Assembly (NCBI GenBank): GCA_964252035.1
Contig: OZ176207.1
Length of the DNA stretch: 64,000 nt
DNA from: Podarcis erhardii
Taxonomy: Eukaryota
Direction: 5' to 3' (one strand)
In this document: piece by piece, positions 35,281 to 47,980 of the stretch
Layout of the letters: every line of letters starts with the position of its first letter
How positions within the stretch are numbered: the stretch's first letter is position 1
The notes under the pieces: model-generated
The model's database searches: none
The model's input: the letters and a program-made list of their open reading frames with translations, nothing else
Told to the model about the DNA's origin: nothing
Program-made: the position numbers and the translations under genes

Positions 35281-38262
35281 TACTATTTGGGGTAGGAAAC
35301 AGATGACCCTCCTATGTACCCAACAATGGAACTTCTCAACCCAATGGATGAAAATGTGAAATGATCACCTTCCTTTCCACGAATTGTTGCAGATTTTAAC
35401 CTCCACATCTCCTCTGGGTTGCCCACATTGTTTTACTGAGAAACTATGTGCGCTCCATATTAAGACCAGCTCGTACATTTCTTTTTATTGGGAGAGGGAG
35501 GCGTGAGATTGGCATGGCACAAAAACACCAATGGGAGCAGTGGGTTGGCTCTGCTGGTGTTTGAATCATGCTGACCTCCTCACCTCACTCTTTCCGCTCT
35601 GCATCCCAGCAGCGATGTGACTAACTGGAGGTCAGGTGAGAGCCGCTATCCTGTCACACCATCTGCGACTCCTTTTCATAATGGCATGCTTTGGCGTGAC
35701 TTTCTGAAAATAGGAAATGCTGTTTACTCCACCGAGTTACTATCTAAAGAATGGTCAAGGGAGTCCAAGTTTGCATTCCACGGCTGCTGTGAAGAAATGG
35801 TCTCTTCCGTCTATCACAGAAGAATATGATTTGGAATACAGAGGGCAGTGATAATACGGCACTTTAAATATTTTTTGGCTGAGATTAGCACTAGCAGGAC
35901 TGTATGCCATTTATTTTCTTGCGAAAAACGTATCAATGAAAGTGGGAGGAAAGGGTGTAGGGAAGATACTTATGATCCGTGCTGCTGTAAAAGTTGCATG
36001 CGTCACTTTACTGGCAAGAATTGTATCAATGGCTAATGGTTGAATGGAGATTTGAACCACTACTCTTAACCACAAGCCCACATCGTCTCTCTCATGCAAA
36101 ATACTGTGTTGCGCTGCTAAAGAAACCTCAAATCCCAGCAGCCCATTCCTTTGCTTTAAGTCATTGCAACTCAGTTTTAAACACACAGGCCATTAAAAAT
36201 TGTGAGAGATGGTTGCTTTGGCTGCCTTATTGCAGACCCTCATTAATATATTGTGAGCAGCCTCTGAAGGCAGAGGGTTAGGCCGGATAACATACATGAT
36301 AGGGCAATTATTTTTGCCCCCATCAGGAAATATTTGTTGAACTTGGGGGAAGCATTCATTTTTATAGCAGGAACCCGTTAATGTTATCCCTTATGAGTTA
36401 GGCTGGTGCAGGAGCTGAGGACGACGAGTGGCGGAGTTCAAGGGCTGTGAATGTTATAAAACACGAATGGACAAAGCGATTGGCTTCATGTTGCCAGTTC
36501 TTTAGCCTGGCATCATGCAGACATCACAAACCATGTATTTCTAGCGGAATTTCATTTTCTTGTCTCATTACTGAAGCATGTGATGACTGGAAGCCTCGAC
36601 AGAGGGCGCCACTGTACACTCATTGATGTCAGCTCTACATCCCAACTTCCTCTGAAACCATTGGATAAACCTTGAGATAAAAGGGGCCACCTGGAGGGGT
36701 ACAAACCGGTGAGCACACGAGGTGGAGCAATTTTGTAGGCTTCTGAACTATTCAGGTGACTGACAAAGACAGGTAGTTGCCGCCCATTTCAAAACTCAAC
36801 CACATAACCTCCAACATTTCTTAGATGAAAATAGGGACATTCTGGTCCTTGGGAATCCACTGGAATCATGACAGCCTTCCCCCCCTACGAATTCAAGAAT
36901 GCATCAGCCATAACTGCTTGCTAGGAAATGAAGATGACAGGACTGCACACACGCTTGTAAGCATGATTCCAATGATTCCAATGATGACAATGATTCCAAA
37001 ACAAATATGCCCGTGTGTTAACTTACGGATGAGTGTAAACTGTCGTCCTTCATCTTTTACAAATAAATATCTGTCTGCTTCTGCAATTGAGAACGCAAAA
37101 CTATAGACCTAATGAGATGCAGTACAAGAGACATTGATTAAGTAACCATTCTAAATCCTGATATTCTGTTAGCAACAAGTTTATGTGGAGGCTTTTTTTT
37201 AAAAAAATACAAACACATGAATGGATGCCATGTGTATCTGCTGCTCACTGCCCCCCTCAAACACCCACCTCTCAGAGGGGGGTGGGATCTTTGCAGAAAA
37301 AGGCGATGCAGGCATTGTTCTAGGTGTGTCTGCATGAGGTGTAAACCAAGCTAACCGAGATTTGGGAAAGGAAACCTTCATTCGCTGAAACGACAGAACA
37401 AAAGCTTATAAATCACACTGTAGTGTTAGTGCAGTGTTCGTTGTGTGTGGCAGCACAAGAATTGCAGGTGGATATGATTACAGTCCCGACACATTCATAA
37501 CTCTTAAGCTAAAGGATTTCGGACACCCCATGCTAGGAGAAGGAGAAGGAAGTGTTGAGAGTACAATAGTCTGTCACACAAATTCCGAGAGATATATTGT
37601 TAAGTTCTACCTTTTTCTGGCTCAGACTGAGGAACTTTTTACTAATGGAGGGATGCAAATGTTGGGAAGAGCTCTTATCCAGAAGCTGCTAGACACAGGA
37701 GTGGGTGCCTCTTGCCTGCAAACCTCTCTCTCTCTCCCACCCACCTTCAAACCCGAAGACTCAGAAAACCCTCTTCATGGCCTGCAATCCAACCAGTGCT
37801 GTCCTTGTTGTGAGCACAGAGTGAAAAAGATGCAGTGGAGCTCAATGAACATTTCAAAAACTCAATGTTTAAATATATTTTTATTTACAGGCCCAGGACA
37901 CGCACGTCTCCCCCCCCCAACCCCTCAAATGAAGGATTTCAGTGATGTGAAAAGGAAGGGCGTTTGGTTGTGAGAATGTTTACTCTTACCTTCCTGAGAA
38001 AATGGTGAGCATCTGGTTTTTTTAATGACTCATCTCTCTGCCCCCCTGGGCAGATGTGCAGCCTGGCTTTGGCTGTCTTAAAACCTTTTAGATAAATAGC
38101 CATTGATCTACTCCTAGCTTTGCCCTGAATAATGTATAACTGGGATAAATTCAACTCTAGTCAGGGGAAGAGCTTAGCCAACAGGACTTGACAAGAATCT
38201 TTCAAGGCCTGAATTTCGCCAATGCTGGCACCTCTCAGGTGGGCACCATTGCCATTACAGTA

Positions 38263-38504
38263 CAGTGGTACTTTGGATTAAGTACTTAATTTGTTCCGGA
38301 GGTCCGTTCTTAACCTGAAACAGTTCTTAACCTGAAGCACCACTTTAGCTAATGGGGCCTTCTGCTGCTGCCACGCCGCCGGAGCACGATTTCTGTTCTC
38401 ATCCTGAAGCAAAGTACTTAACCCGAGGTGCTATTTCTGGGTTAGCGGAGTCTGTAACCTGAAGCGTATATAACCTGAAGTGTATGTAACCTGAGGTACC
38501 ACTG
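38263..38504. mobile_element. Tigger/pogo-like MITE, family A copy 3, nested in an older small element
   Basis: TA|CAGTGGTAC...GAGGTACCACTG|TA. The flanks (GGCACCTCTCAGGTGGGCACCATTGCCAT / AGAGAACAAGG...CCAGCACCTC) appear to be one interrupted repeat. Confidence 0.9.
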
Positions 38505-41500
38505 TATAAGAGAACAAGGGAAGTGTTCATTTTGAGTTCCAGCACCTCTTTTTCTAGAATTAAAACAAAATTGCTTACAGGAATGCTGGGCACGTTGCAA
38601 AGTGCAGACAGCAGTCACCCATCATCTTAATTTGCTCAGAGGTGTGTGTGTGTGTAAATGTGTGCCCTGCACTTGCGCCCCGAGTCTTTTAAGTACCTAA
38701 CAACACTGCTGCTTGTGGGAACACTACTATCCATAAAAAGGGGAACTTTGTAGCAGAAAGCTAAATATCAAGGCAGAATGAGCCAGATTTTCTTCTGTTG
38801 CTTGTTTCTTCAATAAAGAAAAGAAAGTAACAGTAGCTGCAGAGCATGACAGCACAAATCTGAGTCATGGTGTCTGGGGTGCAATAGCTGTTCTGTCTGA
38901 TGTTCATGTTTGAAATGACCCTTATAGCCAGGATGCTGTGAGATGGCATCATCTCCAGAGTGCGCAAGCATTGCACAAACCACTTACAGCCACATCACCA
39001 CTTTTGGACATACAATATTGAGAAGTCCATTGAGACCAACATTTCACGATGTTCTGCTACAGCAGTTTCAGTTGTCTGACTAGCCCTGCTTTCAGGATTT
39101 TAGTCTCTACACGAAATAGCTACTTGTTTTTATTTACAATTTCAGTTGTCACTGAGATTTCCCCTTAATTCCTGCACCTCCTTAAGAAGGTTCCCCTCCT
39201 CCGCAGAAATTACATAGACACTGCAAACAATACTGACCTTGCTGATTTTCATAGATGCCAACTTCCAATGTTCTAGAAAAGTGTTGAAAATAGAATGCAA
39301 ATGACAGGTGTATAATGAAGTAGACTTTCCAGGGACAGGAGAAGGAATGAGATGTAAACCTTGGAGTTTGTTGTAGCAAATAAATTAGCTCACAGTGTGA
39401 TACCTAGCTAGCAATCAGAAGACAGAAAAACACAACAGCTCTAATATTTAACTAACTCATCAGGAATTTTCCTTCTGGTGATACTTTCCCTCTGTTTTTT
39501 TCCTAAAAAGTGCCATCATCACCTGAGGTGCAGATGCTAAACACACTTCAGTAAGGATTAGCATTCATACAATCACACTGCGAACCAGTGAGATGTGCAC
39601 CAACACTGGCGACCTTTGAATCACTAAAGTAGGAATATCACTAAAGTAGGAAAATCATCGACAGCAAATATGCTATTGACTTGCAGCTGAAGGTGTTCTT
39701 TCCCCGGAGATCCGTATGCTTTTGAATTCCTTAAAATCCGACATGATACGACCCAGCCTAAACAGATGGATGAGCTGCTTTGATGGCCTGCTGGCATATT
39801 GCGTGTGGCTTGGAGTGACAAAAAGAGAATAAACATAAACACAAGGAGAAAATAGGTAAAACATAAGCTATGGGCCATATGTGCATAGTGGCAGTTCTTA
39901 AAGCTGCCTTATACCATGTCAGAGCATTAGTCAATGTACTGTGGCTCTGTATTGTCTAAACTGAGATTCCAACAGGAGTCTTTTCTAGTCTTAACTGGAG
40001 GTGCCAGTTCTGTGTGACATGGTGGGGGGGGCTTGTTGTGTGTGCATGACATCACATGTGTGACACACAGGTGTGATGTCACGTGCTTCAGGAGAAGGCC
40101 ACAAGGCCCGGTGAGGCCCTCTGCCACAGTGGGGCCTGGTGAGGTCTGGACCCACAAGATTGGGGGAGCTCAGCCCTGTCCCCACACACTTTGGGTGGAG
40201 GCTGAGCTGTCCTCAGCCACATAGCGTTGGTACCTATGATGCTTGTGGAGGCCCTTCTGCATGCAAAGTATGTACTTTACCACTGAGCCATGGCACTTTT
40301 ATAGAACATTTTGAGGGGTTATGTAGAATTCTCCACAGAACCTTTTCTGGCAAGCTTTCACAGAGCTGGGTGAGTCCCAGTGAGTATCTTATTCTCTTGA
40401 GCACTGCAACTGATTGCCTACAGTATATCAACACTGTCACATTATGGTTCCAACTCAGATGATGAGAAACACCAGCTTATCATGCGACTCATATTACATC
40501 AGCTAGCAGCCTGCACAGATGTTTCTAATGGAAGCAGTTATCAGTGCTTTGAGCAGCCGTGTGACAGGAAGGAGCCTACTGCTGCTGCTGACTTTGTTTT
40601 GCCGTTTTTAGGGGCACTATTGGAAATGACATTAATTGTAATGAGCTCACCCTGGCATACATAATTGGAAACACTATGTCTTAATTAAGTGTTTTGTTTT
40701 GCAACCCATACATCTCTTTCCTTTTCCTCATAAGAATTTGCTGTGTCATTTCTAAGCTAAGCCAAAGGGCCGTGCTTCTTGAGTAATGATGGGAGATTGA
40801 ACAAGATGGATTCTGTCATAGGAGAAGACCTCTCTCTCTTTTTTTTTTTTGCTTAACCGTTTTTCCTCTGTTCTTTGATCCTGATCCAACAAGATATATG
40901 TATGTAGCCCCATCAGGCAACCAGCGACTGCAGCAATTGGCTGTTCAAGCTTAGGCCAGGTCTTCAGAAACTTTTACTATATTTTCCTAAGTTCTAAAAA
41001 CTTTTACTTTTCTACCTGCGTTTTTCTTGGTGCTGCATGGAAAAAAAAAATGCATGGATCCGACCTTTGATAAGTTTGTAAGTAAACTTCTTTTAATCTT
41101 ACCAAGCTGTGTGGTCTGTTCACCGTTAAAGGGGGTAAAAAGGGGAAGTCGCTGTAAGTGACTTACAACGAAATATTTAAAAGGTCTATATTCCAACACT
41201 TCACTCTGCTGCATGTTTTGTGATTTAAAATCCCTGCTGGGGCTGTCTCTGACCAAACAGTATTCTGCCCCATGTTTGGATGTGGGGATTCATCCACATT
41301 CATTTATATTGACACACACCACACTTTTAAAGGGCTTGCTGATGCATCTGCTCCCTGGGATCTCGCTGTGTTGCATGAGAGGTTGTGGCCCCACAAGATC
41401 TTGAGGAGGATTCGTCCCAAATGGCGAAACGTACTGGAAGAATAAGAAATCAAGATAACAAGATAACAAACTTTTTATAAAAGAATGGAAATGGTTTATT

Positions 41501-42559
41501 GAATATTTAGGGGCAGTTGGAAGGCATGCCATGGGGGTGGCAGCGCCAGCCTGCAAGTCCCACTGAACCGTGAATAGGACCACTAGTGTATCCTGCTGCT
41601 GTGCGTGAGGTAGCAATATACTAGGTCAACAGGCAGCCATTGTGCACCCACAAACACCGGCATCTAAAATAAGCAAGGACAGCATGTTTGAGCAATGTCG
41701 ACAAAGTCTGAGTTTCTAATTAGTACTAATCAAGCAAACATGGTCTTAAAAATGCAGCTAATCTCCATAATTTGCCAGGCCAGGAGAAAGCAAAGCGAAG
41801 AATAGATGTTCCGTTTGGGAAATGGCCAAACACTCTGAGTCATTCTAAAAGAAGTTGTTATAAATGCTCTTCAAAATAACAGTTGCACCTATATAAATAA
41901 TTTTATTTCATCTTGGGCTGGGCAAACCCTTCAGCTCTTGCATAATACTTCTTGGTAACTTCGTAAGCCTATTTTGTTGAGGGAGATAACTTGGCAAGTG
42001 GCTTTTCCCTCAGTCCTCAGTTCCTGGTGGTAACCAAACAGTGATAGCTGTTATTAATGCAGACCCAAGACATTAAGGGGAAAAGTGCCATTTTCAAATT
42101 CTCTTCATTAATGCGCCACAGGAAATTACAGGCTACTTCATTAGCAATCTCAGAAATGCACAAAGCCTTCTTGCTTTGTTAATGCTCCCATAGATTTGTA
42201 CCCTCACAGCTGTGTTAGCTGTTCCATCAAATTCAATCCAGGTTCTTTCTATAGCACTTCATCCTACACACTCTTCAGATTTACTCTTTTGACACTGTAA
42301 AAATGATTATATGTAGCTCAATGCTAACAGCCCACCAGTATGGCAAGCATGCTTATATAACTCAAGATGACAAGCAGAAGTCTTGACTGCTAAGCAAAGG
42401 CTGTTAAAGAATTGTTGCCTGACTTAGCCAAGCCAAAGTTCTCTTTCCCCAAACCCAACACCTCCCAAAAAACCAACCCGCATAAAACATTAAAACAATC
42501 CTTCTACCTTTCCTCAGTTAAAAAGTAATTAATTAAACTTTAAAACCTTTAATTGAACA

Positions 42560-42880
42560 TGTATACTGAGTCAGGCCATTGCTCCATCTAGCTCAGTATT
42601 GTTTACACCAGTTTACACCAGTGTTTCCCAAACTTGGGTCTCCAGCTGTTTGTTGGAATACAACTCCCATCATCCCTAGATAGCAGGTCAGGGATGATGG
42701 GAATTGTAGTCTGAAAACAGCAGGAGACCCAAGTTTGGGAAACACTGGTCTACACGAACTAGCAGTGGCTTTCCAAGGTTTCAAGTAGGGGTCTCTCCAG
42801 CCCTACATGGAGATGCCAGGGATTGAAACATGGACTTTCTGCATTGAAAGTGGGTGCTCCACCACTGAGCTATGACCTTT
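42560..42880 (-). mobile_element. tRNA-derived SINE interrupted by a hAT MITE
   Basis: Minus strand reads TAGCTCAGTGGTGGAGCAC...TTCAATCCCTGGCATCTCC (boxes A and B) ... GTGTAGAC [MITE] ... ACAATACTGAGCTAGATGGAGCAATGGCCTGACTCAG. Confidence 0.8.
42619..42747. mobile_element. hAT-Charlie-type MITE
   Basis: TIR CAGTGTTTCCCAAACTTGGGTCTCC / GGAGACCCAAGTTTGGGAAACACTG; 8-bp TSD GTTTACAC (42611-42618) / GTCTACAC (42748-42755). Confidence 0.93.
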
Positions 42881-43146
42881 CTGAATTGCACTGCATTCAT
42901 GTATGTTAATATTTAGTGCAATATAATGATCAATGATCACCATGATAGCTTATTCTCATTGTCTTCTGTAAGGCTGGGATACAAAGAACTGCAAGGTGCT
43001 TTCTTTGCACACCCGAGGAATTTTGCAGTCCCCCCTTCCCAACAATTACCCCCCCCCACCCGAAGAATGCAATTAGCAGGATGCATATGAGTGAAGAAAG
43101 CAAATAATATCTTTCCCTCCTTCTCACATAATACTAGAACTTTGAT

Positions 43147-43485
43147 CGGGGTCAGCAAAGTTTTTGTGGCTTGGGCTGGTTCACAGTCCTGCAGATGCCA
43201 CAGTGGGCCGGAGTGTGTGTGTGTGTGTGTGTGCACATGCGCAAACGCTATTTCCGCTGCTTGTTCTGGTGCAGAGGAGGCGTGCACAGCTTCCCATTGG
43301 CTGCAGGAGCTTCCTGCAGCCAATGGGAAGCCGGCCAGCGTCATGGAAGGCGGTCCCCGCTCTGCTCTGCGTTGGTTTAGCGCGGCACATGGAAGCCAAC
43401 CGAGTGGGTGGCAGGGGTCCATGGGCTGGTTAAACAACCCCCATGGACTGCTTGTGGCCCATGGGCCTTAGGTTGCCGACCCCTG
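43147..43485. mobile_element. hAT-type non-autonomous element with internal (GT)n and palindrome
   Basis: TIRs CGGGGTCAGCAAA / GGTTGCCGACCCCTG; perfect TSD ACTTTGAT at 43139-43146 and 43486-43493. Confidence 0.9.
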
Positions 43486-44453
43486 ACTTTGATGGACCTT
43501 TGGTTTGACCCAGCAAGACTGTTCTTCTGATGCATGTTCTTAATGTTGGGGACTAGGAAACTCCAACAAAGACTGTAATTCTTACAGACAAGGATGTGCT
43601 CACAGTGAAGAAGCAGGCTAAGATCAGAAGGTACTATAAGGGCCGATCCTATGACACAATATGCAAGAAGATAATGTAGAGTTCTGGCATGACTAACAAT
43701 TTTGCATGGATGTTGTGAGCTAAGAAATGCCATGGAATAGGAATAGGCTGTAACTGTGGTAGTTAATGAAGAACAGTCCTTTCCTCCTTTCCTTACTAAT
43801 ATCAGCTGAGATTACTATTATCACACCTAATATTTGTTGTCAAGAGGGGTTAAAACTATTTGCAAAATGCTACGTGAGAAAATATTGCTCTGTGGAAACA
43901 AAATGTAAATATGTGTTATCTACTTACATCTTTGCCTTGATGTACCAGGAGCTGTAAGAGTTCAGCTTTGGGTTTTGATTTTGGCAAAAAAACCAAACCA
44001 CCCCAATTTGATGTGTGAGACACATTTAATAGGAATGCTATGGGATGGCACTTTTCATTGGAAAATGAATTCACAATTTTTAATTTGGAAATGGGAGGAA
44101 ATAGAAATAGAGTCATTTAATTAAAGTGGCAGAAGTGAGATGGTACAGCTGGACGCTAATGAAACCGCTGATTCACAGGTTAGTTTTATCCCCCCCCCCC
44201 CCAGTTTTTAAAGTTTGCCAAAGATAGACAGAGGAGGCCAATTAACTTTTGGAAGGTCAGTGGTTCAGAGATTCTCCGAGAGAAAGAAAGCATTGCCATT
44301 TTTTGCTTTCAGAGAAAGTGAAAGGTAGCCGTGATGATCCACAGGAACAAATCCAAACTCTGTATGAGAACAATACCTGTACAGAGCCAGCCAAAAAGTC
44401 ACAAAATGGTGTGCAAGCTTTTGAGTTCTTCAGAACTTTTAATTAGGCTAGAT

Positions 44454-44591
44454 CAGAGGTGGGGAACTTGTGGTCCCCCAGATGTTGCTGGACTTCAGAT
44501 CCCATCACCTCTGACCATTGGCTATGCCAGCTTGGGCTGATGAGAACCGTAGTCTAACAACAGCTGGAGTGCCACAGGTTCCCCATTCATG
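44454..44591. mobile_element. hAT MITE, first of a tandem pair
   Basis: TIR CAGAGGTGGGGAACTTGTGG / CCACAGGTTCCCCATTCATG; GGCTAGAT on both sides. Confidence 0.88.
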
Positions 44592-44599
44592 GGCTAGAT

Positions 44600-44735
44600 C
44601 AGCCTTTCTCAACCTTGGGTCCCCAGGTGTTCTTGCAGTACTCCTCTCATCATCCCTGACCACTGGCCATGCTAGCTAGGAATGATGGGAGTTGTAGTCC
44701 AGCAACATCTAAAGACCCAAGGTTGAGAAAAGTTG
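44600..44735. mobile_element. hAT MITE, second of a tandem pair
   Basis: TIR CAGCCTTTCTCAACCTTGGGT / ACCCAAGGTTGAGAAAAGTTG; flanked by GGCTAGAT and GGCTGGAT. Confidence 0.88.
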
Positions 44736-45303
44736 GGCTGGATGGTAAAGCAGGAGAAGAGCTGGGTGATAGAAGAAATTATTCAGATTCCATGGTTTCA
44801 TCTGGTCACAGTCCTAGGCTGGACCATTTTCATGCAGGTTTCTCCTACCTCCTTCCAAATAAAATGGACTGGGCATTTAACATAAAAAGAAGAAGAAGAA
44901 GAAAAATTCAGAAAGGAGCTCAGAATATTGTCAAGGGTGGCAGGACCCTGTCAGCTCCTCCTCTGCACAGGGAGGATTGTACTGTTTTGAAGGTGTGGCA
45001 TGTATTAAAGAAGCCAAGTAGTAAACCTGTGACAAAGAAGAGATTGGGCGTTAGCTAAAACAAGTGGACTTGCAGTAGAATGTTGCAACTCAAGAATGTG
45101 GACTGGAGTGCTATTCAGAGCCTTGCCAGCCAGGCCCTTTTCAGGATATTCTGTTCCACTCCAAGCCCCATCCCTCCACTCATTCAGCATTCCATGTCCA
45201 CTGAGCATGCTCATTCCTGTTTAGACTGTTTTGAGGTTCCTCCTGTCAGGAGCTCAGCCTACACTCAAGTAGGACCCTGGTAGAGACACATGCCTGACTA
45301 GCA

Positions 45304-45688
45304 TGTTCTCTCCCTCCTGGTCAATCGTTCGGGAGCTTCATAGGCTTTCTTCAGCCTGAACATCACAACGACTAATGCCAACAGACACCGGCACACTTAG
45401 GGATCCGCAGAGTCTGCGCAGTTCGTGTGACAGACCTCGGCAACTCAGCATTTTGGCTAATCTACTTTATTTACATATAAACACACATGGAGCACTGCAA
45501 CATGGCCCCCCCTCTCTCTAGCATCAGACAGCAAAAAGAAAAGACAAAGGACAATAGTCCCACTTCATGGAACACAGTAACACAAACATCCTGTCTCCGT
45601 CACTTCCCACTTTGTGGAGTCAAAACATATACCGTCATGTGATAGACAACAACCCCATGACTGCAATCATGGAGCAGGAATTCTAACA
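45304..45688 (-). mobile_element. LTR-like repeat, copy 1 (TG...CA)
   Basis: 385 bp, TGTT...AACA termini, AATAAA on the minus strand; colinear with 60085-60471. No TSD seen. Confidence 0.65.
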
Positions 45689-46629
45689 CCTCCACGGAAT
45701 CCCCACCTAACTTTTTTGTACTTCTGCAAACCCTGGGGTTTACCCAAGCCTGCTGAAACAACCCTCTTCTGCATGGTAGATGGTGGTGTTTTGCTTGGAA
45801 AATCAGTTCTCTATTACTATATACAACAGGGAGAAATCATTGTATTTATTACTACATTGACACTCCACATTCAACCCAATGAGCTGAATCCAAACAAGAA
45901 TCCTATGAGCTGGATCAAGCTGAGGACAGTGGCTGGTCCAAAGCCACCCAGTGAGCTTCATGGTTGAATGGAGATATGAAAAGTGGTCTCCCAGGTCCAA
46001 GTCCTGTCAGTGCTGCATTCAGGGCAGTGCAGATGGTTGCCCCACACAGGGTACCAAGCCAAGAGGGCACAAAATTGAGAAGATCCATAATGGAGAAGAT
46101 CCATTTGCGGGCGCCAAATATTGGCCTTGCACAGAGTGCCATATTATGAAAGATTAGCAAAGTCCCTGGTCCAGCCCTCTAACCTCTGCATCACTCTGGC
46201 TGTGACACATTTCGTGGATGATGTACTGTGCGTAAGTAAGGACTACCAGGCTCATCTCTGCAGTGGGAAGAGGAAAGAAGGAAGGAAACAATTCAGCTTG
46301 ATTCAGCTTCAGAGGATACAAGGCTGGTTCTCAGCTGCTTTCCCAGTGAGCAAGCAGAAAGGGTTTTGGTGACAGGGGGGAATTGTTTAGGGAAAGCGTT
46401 TCAGGTTATTTTTAGATGGCTGCCAAGCAGGATGTGTCATGCTTGTGTCAGTCAAGGAAGTTCATCAGGTCAATGGCTGCAGGCGATCGTCAGGTCTGCC
46501 TTGCAGCCGGAAAAGATGGTCAGAAAATATTGTTCTCACATGTTTGCCTTCAAGAGATATTTTTCAGCTGCAAGATCTTATTTTTTCTCCTCACCGATAA
46601 ATCCGCTCCACTTCCCAGTGGGGAGGAGT

Positions 46630-47205
46630 TGCAGTGGACCGCATGGCCACTCACTCCCCACCGGGGGCAGGGGACTTTGTCCCCCGTTGCCCAGGGGATC
46701 CCGGCCACATCAGAGCCCAGTCGGCCAATCCGCTGGCTGGGGGGGCGTGGCCGGGACAGTTTAAACCGAGGAGTGAGCCAGTTAAACACTGTTAGGGTTG
46801 CAGTTAGGCATTGTTTGACCTTGTGTGGGGGAGGGGAGGTGTGGCCATCACCTGCCCCTCCATGCTTAAGGGTTTTCCGTTAAAGGAATCCGGGGGTGTT
46901 GATCTTGTCCAAAGCCCGGCTGGGGTCTAGGGCCTTGACACGACCCCGACAGAAACACCAGGGGGAGCTTGAGTTGGTTCGCATCCAGGGCTCCCCCTAC
47001 CAATGGCTTACCTTTACTGGACTTCCTGCACAGCGGGCAGGAGTCAGATATAGTCAGGTCCAATCAATGCCTAAGCCAATACCGCTCACATTCTGTAATT
47101 CAATAAAGTTGTGGCCAAAATTTGCCCAATAACATAAACCTAATATCTGTGTCCTGGTGTGAGTTATTTCCCAACGAGGGGGTGGCTGTGGGGTCTCGAC
47201 ACACA
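46630..47205 (+). mobile_element. Candidate solo LTR (boundaries uncertain)
   Basis: CpG-rich block with CCAAT 46725-46729, GC box GGGGCGTGGC, TATA-like TTTAAA 46760-46765, AATAAA 47102-47107, ending ...GTCTCGACA(CACA). No internal genes, PBS or TSD found. Confidence 0.55.
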
Positions 47206-47731
47206 ACCTCTTTTTTAGGAAGAAGGAAGGAAACCAGCAACCCATAGCTTCAATGCAGGGTTGAATTCAATGGTGTGCTATTACGATCATTCCACCATCA
47301 CAAGCATTTCTGCTTGGCAGATGGAACCATGTCTCCCCTCCTCCTCCCACATGCCACTCTGATTACTCTTCCACTGCCACCAGAGCAAAAATAAAATTGG
47401 CGGGTGGGTGGAGAGAGGGGCAAGGCCCCATGGTGCTAGTGGGTCTCATTGCTCCAGCTCCTGCTAGTGCAACTGTTTAGTTGAATCCAGACCTGTTTTC
47501 TGCAATTTGTAAGAATGTGAATATGTTCTGTGGGCAGGGATGTAGCAAAAGGAAGGATGCCGACCTGTGTCCCTCCAGATATTGTTGGATTACAACTCCC
47601 ATCATCGCTGTTTACTGGCCATGCTGGCTGAGGTTGACAAGAAGGAAACCTAAACAAACAAACAAAACCCAGCTGGATCAGTGGGAATGACTTACTGCTC
47701 ATTAAAGGTTCTGTTGAACGAGTTGAACACT

Positions 47732-47980
47732 GAGAGCCAGTGTGGTGTAGTGGTTAAGAGCGGTGGACTCGTAATCTGCTGAACCGGGTTTGCGTCTCTG
47801 TTCCTCCACACGCAGCTGCTGGGTGACCTTGGGCTAGTCACACTTCTCTGAAGTCTTTCAGCCTCACTCACCTCACAGAGTGTTTGTTGTGGGGGAGGAA
47901 GGGAAAGGAGAATGTTAGCCGCTTTGAGACTCCTTCGGGTAGTGATAAAGCAGGATATTAAATCTAAACTCTTCTTCTTC
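47732..47980 (+). mobile_element. tRNA-derived MIR/L2-tail SINE with (CTT)n end
   Basis: Box A GGTGTAGTGGTT, CORE-like GCTGGGTGACCTTGGGCTAGTCAC, tail AAATCTAAACTCTTCTTCTTC. Confidence 0.8.

Noticed and set aside
45320-45365. Hammerhead-like CTGAAGA...GAAGCTC on the minus strand of the LTR-like repeat
   Set aside because: There is no stem II pairing, GAAG replaces GAAA, and the apparent stem I is not kept in the second copy at about 60105-60150.
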